A stretch of DNA of 64,000 nucleotides. Origin: Polyangia bacterium (GTDB taxonomy: Bacteria > Myxococcota_A > Polyangia > JAAYKL01). The notes beneath the pieces were generated by a model. The model was given only the letters and a program-made list of their open reading frames with translations. It did no database searches and was not told the origin of the DNA. Location of the stretch: the NCBI GenBank assembly GCA_050287845.1, contig JBNKCR010000148.1:37411-101410 (forward strand), given 5' to 3'. Every line of letters starts with the position of its first letter. Positions within the stretch are counted from its first letter, which is position 1. This document shows positions 57,041 to 64,000 of this stretch, in pieces. Made by a program: the position numbers and the translations under genes.

Positions 57041-58168
57041 ATGGCAGGCTCTCTCGTATATAACAGACGAGACGAATTCGACTGGGTTCTCGTCACTGTG
57101 ATTTTCCTGATTTCCACGGTTGGGATTCTGAATCTGTACAGCACTGGAGTTGCTTCCGGCGCTCCGGAGCTCTATCTCACGCAGTTGTACTGGGTTGTGC
57201 TCGGCGGCATCGGGGCCTTCATTGTCGCCATCATTGACTACAAGCATTACGAACGGTACGGCTATTTTTTCTATGGCGGCGGTATTCTGATGCTCATCCT
57301 TGTGCTGCTCCTGGGCAAGGAGGTTGGTGGATCGGTGCGCTGGTTCGCTATTGGTGAGTTCAGATTTCAGCCGTCTGAACTGATGAAGGTATTGCTCGTT
57401 GTTGGACTGGCCAAATACCTCCATCACGACCCCAAGACAGAGGGCCGTAAGCTTGAAGATATCTTTTTTCCAGCGCTGATGACCGGTCTGGCAATGGTTC
57501 TGATTCTCAAAGAACCGGACCTGGGCACGGCATTGTTGTGTCTTCTTGTTTTTTTCAGCATCATGATGCTGACGCGGCTTACCTTTCGTTCAACGATAAC
57601 GTTACTCCTGTCTACACCAATCGTTGCAATCATCGGATGGAGTTATCTGCTCAAGGACTATCAGAAGCAGCGGGTGATTTCCTTCTGGAATCTGTTCGTG
57701 GACCCGGAAGCCGATAAATTGGGTGCCGGTTGGCATGCGAACCAGTCAATGATTGCGATTGGGTCCGGCCAGCTGACCGGCAAGGGATATCTTCAGGGCA
57801 CGGCGGGACCGCACCATTTTCTGCCCGAATGTCGTACCGACTTTCCTTTTGCGGTGTTCGCAGAGGAGCATGGTTTTCTCGGGGCTGCCGGACTGGTGTT
57901 TCTGTACCTGTTTCTGTTGATGTGGTGCATCCGAATTGCTTCGCAGTCCAGGGACCGATTCGGTTCCGTAATTGCAGTGGGTATCGGGTCGATTATTTTC
58001 TGGCACGTGGTGATTAATCTGGGGATGGTTATGGGGGTGATGCCGGTGGTGGGGATCACGCTTCCGTTGTTTTCATACGGTGGGTCATCCATCCTGACAT
58101 TCATGCTGGGGTTCGGTCTGTTGCTGAACGTTTCCATTCATCGATATCGCAGAAGTTACAGTACATGA
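57041..58168 (+). CDS. rodA: rod shape-determining SEDS glycosyltransferase RodA
   Basis: FtsW/RodA/SpoVE family: FQPSELMKV, PDLGTAL, TDFPFAVFAEEHGFLG, GITLPLFSYGGSS. Located after mrdA. Confidence 0.9.
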   Translation: MAGSLVYNRRDEFDWVLVTVIFLISTVGILNLYSTGVASGAPELYLTQLYWVVLGGIGAFIVAIIDYKHYERYGYFFYGGGILMLILVLLLGKEVGGSVRWFAIGEFRFQPSELMKVLLVVGLAKYLHHDPKTEGRKLEDIFFPALMTGLAMVLILKEPDLGTALLCLLVFFSIMMLTRLTFRSTITLLLSTPIVAIIGWSYLLKDYQKQRVISFWNLFVDPEADKLGAGWHANQSMIAIGSGQLTGKGYLQGTAGPHHFLPECRTDFPFAVFAEEHGFLGAAGLVFLYLFLLMWCIRIASQSRDRFGSVIAVGIGSIIFWHVVINLGMVMGVMPVVGITLPLFSYGGSSILTFMLGFGLLLNVSIHRYRRSYST

Positions 58169-59133
58169 GAGTTTATGGTACTGTGGGATATTCTGTCGCA
58201 GTGGCCATTTTAAATCTGACTGGCACGGTTCTGAGGATTCTGCCTGCCGGGTTCAGTCGCGCGACGGGATGGCTACTGGGAACGCTCTGGTATTACATTT
58301 TCAGAGTTCGCCGAACCGTTGTTTTTGATAATCTCGAAAAAGTGTTTCCCGGTCAATGTCGGACGCATCGGCGGGTCGCTCGCGCATTCTATCGAAATTT
58401 TTGTACAAATATTGTTGAATTTATCGGAATTCATCGAAGCGCCTCGATTGTGCGTGGCGTATCGGTGGAAGGAATGGAACACTTTCATCGCGCCAGAGCC
58501 GGCGGCAGAGGTGTTATCGTGGTCACCGCCCATCTGGGCAATTTTGATTTGTTAGCCTGCAATCGCGCCATGGAAGGCACCCCTCTCGGGGTGGTGAGCA
58601 AAACTTTGCACCGGGAATCAGTGAATGATTTCTGGATGACCAGACGGAAGCAGTTGGGAGTCAGAGTGTTTGAAGAGAGGACGCACCCCATTGAAGTTGT
58701 CCGATGGCTGAGAGCGGGAAAGGTGCTGGGACTGGTGGTCGATCAGCGGCTATCCCCGACACGTGGTGGTATCCCGGTGCCCTTTTTCGGATATCAGGTG
58801 TGGACATCTCCGGCAGCAGCCCGCCTTGCAATGGTGTCCGGTGCGGCGTTGCTGCCAGTGATGATTCATCGGCACCCGTGTGGTTATCATCGTGTGGTGA
58901 TAGAACCGGAGCTGGTTTGGAATGCGCGCGATGCACATGTCGGCCAGCAAGTATCGGAGTACCGGAAAAATGAGGCGGATATGCTCGATTTGATGACCCG
59001 CATTTCCCGGATTGTGGAGAGATGGATCAGGATGTATCCCGATGAGTGGATGTGGATTCATCGCCGGTTTAAAAATGCGAAAAAGATCAGGTCAGCGTGC
59101 GGAACAACGATGCGCCCGCAGAAGTTTTTTTAA
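58165..59133 (+). CDS. lysophospholipid / lipid A biosynthesis (LpxL/HtrB-like) acyltransferase family protein
   Basis: RRTVVFDNLEKVFP, VVTAHLGNFDL (HX4D/E-type motif) and PEDWMW-like C-terminus YPDEWMWIHRRFK. The start overlaps the rodA stop by 4 nt. Confidence 0.8.
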   Translation: MRVYGTVGYSVAVAILNLTGTVLRILPAGFSRATGWLLGTLWYYIFRVRRTVVFDNLEKVFPGQCRTHRRVARAFYRNFCTNIVEFIGIHRSASIVRGVSVEGMEHFHRARAGGRGVIVVTAHLGNFDLLACNRAMEGTPLGVVSKTLHRESVNDFWMTRRKQLGVRVFEERTHPIEVVRWLRAGKVLGLVVDQRLSPTRGGIPVPFFGYQVWTSPAAARLAMVSGAALLPVMIHRHPCGYHRVVIEPELVWNARDAHVGQQVSEYRKNEADMLDLMTRISRIVERWIRMYPDEWMWIHRRFKNAKKIRSACGTTMRPQKFF

Positions 59134-59259
59134 AAAAAACAATTGCTTGAGTAGCGCTGATATTGGGGGTAAAATGTTTTCCTACGAACAGATGTATCAT
59201 TGTTCGATGCATTAATTCATATGATAATTATCACATCGGAAGATGTACGGAGAGAGTGG

Positions 59260-60042
59260 ATGCATAGATTTCTGACGGTAGTAATTATTTCATTGATAGC
59301 GCTGATTAACTTTTCAGTTTCTGCTACGAATCTGACGGGGAAGATAACGGTTTCAAAAAAGTTCATTGGACAGTTGGATCAGCTACGCAAAGACTCTGAG
59401 TCATCAACGGCGCGCGGATACTGGAATGAACCCAATGGCGTCCGGCCATTGGCATCTGAGAGAGTTGACCTGACATCCGATATCGGCGTGGCGATTTTCA
59501 GGGAAGGTGCGCCTGAGCCCAAAGCGGATCCTGTATTGTCCCTGAATGTGCTGACCGGTTCACTGGAGCGCAATGTTGTTATTATTCGACCGAAAAGCCG
59601 AATTAAATTCATTATGAAATCCCCATTTGACCATGAGCTGTATGCAACGGGAAAACACGACTTCAAGCCCCAGAAACAGGGCAGCAATTCGTTTCGCCCC
59701 ATAGATTTTTATAGCGCCGGTGTTTTTGAGGTAAGGTGCAAGTTATTCCCCCATTTTCAGGGGTGGGTAGTGGCGACGCCAGCGACGTATGTGCCGGAAA
59801 TATCTTCGAGCGGTGCGTTTACAGTCGAGGATATGGAAGAAGGAAAATACACGCTTAAAGTGTTTTTTCGCGGCAGATGGATTGTGGAGAAGAAATTTGA
59901 AGTTTCCGGAAAGAAACAGGAAATCGCTGTGACCTTAAAAAAAATAGATGGGTCTGCAGATGATGATTCCGCCGCGGACGAAGAGGCAGATACTGCTGAG
60001 AAAACAGAAGAAACCGCTGAAAAAAAAGAAACTAACAACTAG
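59260..60042 (+). CDS. hypothetical secreted protein with acidic C-terminal tail
   Basis: Signal peptide MHRFLTVVIISLIALINFSVSA and a beta-rich body (a possible cupredoxin/CarboxypepD_reg-like segment GAFTVEDMEEGKYTLKVFF). The tail is DDDSAADEEADTAEKTEETAEKKE. RBS GGAGAGAG. Confidence 0.5.
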   Translation: MHRFLTVVIISLIALINFSVSATNLTGKITVSKKFIGQLDQLRKDSESSTARGYWNEPNGVRPLASERVDLTSDIGVAIFREGAPEPKADPVLSLNVLTGSLERNVVIIRPKSRIKFIMKSPFDHELYATGKHDFKPQKQGSNSFRPIDFYSAGVFEVRCKLFPHFQGWVVATPATYVPEISSSGAFTVEDMEEGKYTLKVFFRGRWIVEKKFEVSGKKQEIAVTLKKIDGSADDDSAADEEADTAEKTEETAEKKETNN

Positions 60043-60075
60043 CCGGTTTGATAATCCGATACATGTAGAGGTTAT

Positions 60076-61725
60076 ATGTTTATATCTCGATTTTGGACAC
60101 TGCTTTTAGTAATCGCGTTAACCATCTGTTTGTCGGTAGTGATGCTGGCACGGGATTTGGTGAATCGGGAACGCGAAGAGAGTGCCATGGGGGCTCTTTA
60201 TAAGGAATTGGACAAGCTGGAAATCGGCTTTACCTTGCATGCCCGCAAGCGATTGGATGTTCTGCTGTCAGTATCGGCTGATGCGGAAGTAACGTCCAGC
60301 ATGTCAGCTATTGCGCGCGCGCCAAAGAAGCTTGATGAATATCGGCCCAAATTGTTGACGGCACTTAATCGGAAAAACGAAGAGCTCGGTCAATACAGCG
60401 CAACCATGTTGCTGGCAATCGGGACCGATGGCGAAGTGCTTGTGAAGACCGGAAGAAAAGGGCGGGAGAATGGGTTCAACCTCGCAGGCTTTCCCACTGT
60501 TGAAGCCGCATTGCGCGGCTATGTCCGGGACGATGTATGGAAGCTGGGCAGCGATGTGTACCTGATTGCTGCGAGACCGGTTATTTACGGCGGCGAATAT
60601 GTAGGGGCAGTCGTTCATGGAATGCTGCTGACAGATTCGTTGGCAAGCAAGTTTTCGAACACCGCTCAGGTGGCATTTTTTTCCAACGCCATGATGGTTG
60701 CAGTGGGTAACCCGGAAAAGAGCGACTTCCCCCGTGCCAAGGATTCTGAGATTGCCAAACTGCTGGAGTCATTGGAGAGCGACAAGTCATACGAAGGTAA
60801 GGGGCGAAGCGATGTTCGTCGCATTGAGGGAGGCGAGCAGGATTTTCTGGCAGTGTTTTCTCGAATTCGGGGAGAAGCGGCGCTGAATGGCGTTGGCTGG
60901 GCAGTGATTGTTCCGGTGAGTCGGCCAATTGAGCTTACATCAATCTATGAAGAAGCCGGGTCTCAGGATGTGGAAAATATTCCCTGGGTATTGTTGACTG
61001 GGAGTGCACTGCTCATTCTTCTGCTTGGGTGGTTCTGGAATTTCCTTGAGAGTGAACGACCCATCCGAAAATTGTACAAGGCGATTTCTGCGTTGGAAAA
61101 AGCGGATGTGAAGGACCAGCTGAATGTGTACAAGTTCACACGAAATGTCCGCAAAATTGCCATGGCGTTCAACAAGACCATGGATATAAAGTTGAGAACG
61201 GTGATGGCCAACGTTGGAGACTCCGCGGGCAGAAATGTGTCTTCCATTCTGGGGGACAAAACATCAGATTCGCGTTTGTCCAGTGCCGCTTTCCGGTTTT
61301 CCGAAGATGAAAGTGACGATATACCCGCTCCCCCGTCCGCCCTTGAGGCGCCACCGCCGGATGCGAAGCCGAGAAAACCTGGCGAAATTGGCCCCACGCC
61401 TCCGCGAGGAGCAGGAAAACCGTCACTGACCGGGCCACAGAAACCACTTGGTCCTCCCCCGGGAGCATCCAATGTGGTGCCGAAATCCGGGCCGCAGTCG
61501 GCAATTGATGAAAACGCGTATTTCAGGCAGATTCACAAGGAGTTTGTTGCGCTGAAGCAGAAGCTCGGGGAATCAGTGGAAGGGCTGACTTTTGATCGAT
61601 TCGAAATCACGCTCAAGAAAAATAGAGATGCGCTTGTGGCGCGTTATGGATGTAAATCCGTGAAATTCAACGTCTATGAGAAAGATGGAAAAGCATCTTT
61701 AAAGGCGATTCCCGTTAAATCATGA
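60076..61725 (+). CDS. two-TM membrane protein with periplasmic sensor-like domain, Pro-rich linker and MXAN_5187-type C-terminal domain (from memory)
   Basis: TM1 FWTLLLVIALTICLSVVML. About 280 aa of extracytoplasmic region. TM2 WVLLTGSALLILLLGWFW, then a Pro-rich linker. C-terminal YFRQIHKEFVALKQKLGESVEGLTFDRFEITLKKNRDALVARYGCKSVKFNVYEKDGKASLKAIPV resembles a domain common in Myxococcota. Confidence 0.55.
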   Translation: MFISRFWTLLLVIALTICLSVVMLARDLVNREREESAMGALYKELDKLEIGFTLHARKRLDVLLSVSADAEVTSSMSAIARAPKKLDEYRPKLLTALNRKNEELGQYSATMLLAIGTDGEVLVKTGRKGRENGFNLAGFPTVEAALRGYVRDDVWKLGSDVYLIAARPVIYGGEYVGAVVHGMLLTDSLASKFSNTAQVAFFSNAMMVAVGNPEKSDFPRAKDSEIAKLLESLESDKSYEGKGRSDVRRIEGGEQDFLAVFSRIRGEAALNGVGWAVIVPVSRPIELTSIYEEAGSQDVENIPWVLLTGSALLILLLGWFWNFLESERPIRKLYKAISALEKADVKDQLNVYKFTRNVRKIAMAFNKTMDIKLRTVMANVGDSAGRNVSSILGDKTSDSRLSSAAFRFSEDESDDIPAPPSALEAPPPDAKPRKPGEIGPTPPRGAGKPSLTGPQKPLGPPPGASNVVPKSGPQSAIDENAYFRQIHKEFVALKQKLGESVEGLTFDRFEITLKKNRDALVARYGCKSVKFNVYEKDGKASLKAIPVKS

Positions 61726-62057
61726 AAAGGTCCGGCGTGCCGTTCTGGACACGATAACGACTCCGCGTCCTAAAAAAGGTGGGCTCCGTGTTGCCGCTTC
61801 CGGCTTCCGATGCGCTATGACCGGCTTGCACGCCACGACAAGGTACAGATCCCCGCGGGTCGGCATAGCGGAGTCTCATTAAAAAAGTGCCATTGCGAAC
61901 ACGCCAGAGAAGCCCTTATTAGCCTTTTTGGGATTGCCGTACAACATAAAACAGTACCAGGGCGTCGATGCTGATTTCGATTGAGATTTTTCATTGTAAA
62001 CCGCTTCACGGGCGACAAAGAGCTTGTGCCCTGAAATCAGGAATTTTATAAGGGGCT

Positions 62058-63014
62058 ATGCGCACCAACTGGAAATCATGGCTTCGAAGAACTGGAATTG
62101 CGCTTTCAATCCTTGTGGGAGCCATGGTGATTTTATATTTCGGGTGTCAACGGGAGTCTCTCCCGTTGAACGAACAGATTCGGGAACAATTCGGGGGGGA
62201 ATATGCTCGATTGCGGGATGGGGTGACCCATTATGAACTGCTCGGAAACGGGAGTGGACCTCTGGTAGTCATGCTGCATGGTTCCACGGTTTCTATCTGG
62301 GATTTTGATTTACAGGTGGATTCCCTGTTGAATGCAGGGTTTCAGGTGCTGCGTTTTGATGCCCTTGGTCGGGGGCTTTCTGACCGACCGCAAATTGATT
62401 ACACACGGGAGCTGTATGTTTCTCAGGTGAGAGAGCTGCTCAATTGGCTGAAGATTGAAGAGCCTGTGTTTTTGCTTGGCCATTCTCTTGGCGGTGCCAT
62501 CGCGGTTCAGTTTGCAGCCGAGAATCCGGAAATGGTCCGCGGAATTGCGTTATTGTCGCCGGTGGTGAATTCCGTACATGCCAGGGCACCGTTCTGGGTA
62601 TGCAATACACCACTGCTGGGAGATTTTCTGCTCCGGGTGGCGATGATCAAGGTGTTGCATGTGCGCGCCAATAAGCAGTGGGAAGGTGCAGGGGTGAATA
62701 TGGAACGCTATAACGATTTGTTTGCAAGACAGGCCAGCATCACTGGCTTTGAGCATGCGGTATGCAGTATGTTTACCACCGACCTGGTGGGGGATTACCG
62801 GGATGCGTACCGACAAGTGGGCGAGTTGAACATTCCGGGTTGGCTGGTTTATGGGGGGGAGGATACGGCGGTATGGCCGGATGATGTGAACGCGCTGAAA
62901 CCGATGATGCCGGACGTTGAGTTTCGGTATTTCCCTCACGGGGCGCATTCCATCCATGTTCAGTCCCGGGATGTTTATAATCGCGAGTTGATTCAATTCC
63001 TGCGTAAACACTGA
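62058..63014 (+). CDS. membrane-anchored alpha/beta-hydrolase
   Basis: N-terminal anchor, HG oxyanion context VVMLHGS, nucleophile elbow GHSLGG, and a C-terminal His context (FPHGAHSIHV). Confidence 0.8.
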   Translation: MRTNWKSWLRRTGIALSILVGAMVILYFGCQRESLPLNEQIREQFGGEYARLRDGVTHYELLGNGSGPLVVMLHGSTVSIWDFDLQVDSLLNAGFQVLRFDALGRGLSDRPQIDYTRELYVSQVRELLNWLKIEEPVFLLGHSLGGAIAVQFAAENPEMVRGIALLSPVVNSVHARAPFWVCNTPLLGDFLLRVAMIKVLHVRANKQWEGAGVNMERYNDLFARQASITGFEHAVCSMFTTDLVGDYRDAYRQVGELNIPGWLVYGGEDTAVWPDDVNALKPMMPDVEFRYFPHGAHSIHVQSRDVYNRELIQFLRKH

Positions 63015-63037
63015 ACCATCAGAAAATATCGCCGAAG

Positions 63038-63895
63038 TCAGCTGAAGTCATCATCTGGGGATACGGACGAGAGATGCGGTGAATTGTCCCGGCCGACCAT
63101 GTTTTCGGGACTGGGACCTGCAATATTCCCGGGAGGATTTGAGCTGTGTGCATTGCTGCTATACAGCCGGACTCTGCTTGTTCCCTGAAACAGATATTGA
63201 CCTACAGTCCGGATTTCACAAGCGGCCTGGTGATACAGGGTGTAGGCACGATTCAGCATATTTTTTGCTTCTGTCACCTTCTCCCTATTGATACAGGCCC
63301 GATTGAGAAGCTCGCTGAGAGAAAGATACAATTTTCTCGCCTCGTAGATTTTTGATGTGTCGAACATGGGAATGGCCCTGAGGAGCTCTGTATTGCTTTC
63401 GGCAAGGCTGCTGAGGATGAGCAGGCTCTCCAGCATGTCCTGATGTCCCTGTCCGTCGCCTGTCCGCTGGTCAATCTTCAACAGGAGTTCCGGTTGGTCG
63501 CGGAATGCGATATTCAGGAACCGAATCAGATAGTTTCTTGTTTCATAGCCTTTACGGTACGACTGGTTCCATTGGCGCAAAGCGATCGGATCGATTGTCG
63601 TTGCAGTATGATATTGGTCGGCGACATATGCAAATGCATCCACCCGATCGGCGAGAGAGTCAATGACTGTGTGATCGATTCCGGCATTGATGAGGACCTG
63701 ACGATCTTCAACGGTGGCGCGTACGAGCGCTCTCGCTTCCCTGATAGCCACATCCAGTGCCATACTGCAGAAGATGATTGACCGATTGTCCAGAGACATC
63801 AGGCTGCCGTAGCATCGCTTATAAGCTACTTCATCTCGTTGTGCTGTCACGAAAGCCCCCTTTTTAGATTTTAATGAATATTTTAAGTCAAGCAA
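63038..63895 (-). CDS. hypothetical protein
   Basis: Longest ORF in an AT-richer stretch. Helical composition, no motif recognised. The start is uncertain (TTG 63895, ATG 63799 or 63763). Confidence 0.4.
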   Translation of the reverse strand: MLDLKYSLKSKKGAFVTAQRDEVAYKRCYGSLMSLDNRSIIFCSMALDVAIREARALVRATVEDRQVLINAGIDHTVIDSLADRVDAFAYVADQYHTATTIDPIALRQWNQSYRKGYETRNYLIRFLNIAFRDQPELLLKIDQRTGDGQGHQDMLESLLILSSLAESNTELLRAIPMFDTSKIYEARKLYLSLSELLNRACINREKVTEAKNMLNRAYTLYHQAACEIRTVGQYLFQGTSRVRLYSSNAHSSNPPGNIAGPSPENMVGRDNSPHLSSVSPDDDFS

Positions 63896-64000
63896 ATTAT
63901 GGAAATTAAGTCAATGGTAGATTTGATAATGAACGGCAAAATAAATTTGGTTCCGGTATAAATGGCAATATCATTGCTTCTGCGGGGCAAACCATGGGAA

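Noticed and set aside
61780-61880. Possible small RNA (SRP/4.5S-like CCGGAAGC word and a ~10-bp stem GCGCTATGACCG / CGGCATAGCG) in the 330-bp gap after the 549-aa gene
   Set aside because: The SRP domain IV consensus (GGUCC-GGAA-GGAAGCAGCC with conserved AGG/AGCA loops) is not matched. The hairpin is short and bulged, and the adjacent A/T runs are on the wrong side for a terminator. It needs a covariance-model scan before any call.

Overview
The window reads as a chromosomal segment of a diderm (Gram-negative) bacterium with mid-range GC by eye. All calls rest on reading the supplied translations and the DNA; no similarity search was run.

Lineage hints point to a Myxococcota / 'Deltaproteobacteria'-like organism, at low confidence. 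They are a Pro-rich Ser/Thr kinase, many TPR and zinc-ribbon proteins, and a C-terminal domain I recall as MXAN_5187-type.

**Housekeeping blocks**
- nrdD-nrdG, preceded by a sigma70-like promoter, tandem NrdR boxes and a cobalamin riboswitch.
- prfC.
- mtnA-thrC plus an ApgM-like gene.
- trxA, rsmA, an M16 peptidase and a ppiD-like gene.
- A tight mreB-mreC-mreD-mrdA-rodA-acyltransferase operon.

**Accessory-looking stretches (about 1-21 kb and 37-47 kb)**
- A GGDEF cyclase.
- A single-gene Zn-ribbon-TIR-TPR-Zn-ribbon protein.
- A czcCBA-type heavy-metal RND efflux operon with a His/Cys-rich small protein.
- A patatin-like lipase and an AAC(3)-family acetyltransferase.
- metY and secreted hydrolases.
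- An MBL-fold gene coupled to an outer-membrane protein gene.
- A radical-SAM/SPASM gene followed by a fused membrane/spermidine-synthase-like gene.
- A Tat-signal DUF362 protein divergent from a porin-like gene.
- Inositol-3-phosphate synthase and a clostripain-like lipoprotein.

Two decayed two-component-system fragments bracket the DUF362/porin pair: the C-terminal half of a receiver domain, and the end of a PAS domain plus an H-box.

I found no rRNA, tRNA, CRISPR array, integrase or transposase.

The most unusual items are:
1. the TIR multidomain protein;
2. the rSAM-SPASM / fused spermidine-synthase pair;
3. the three-layer nrdDG control region.

None is proven novel from sequence alone.
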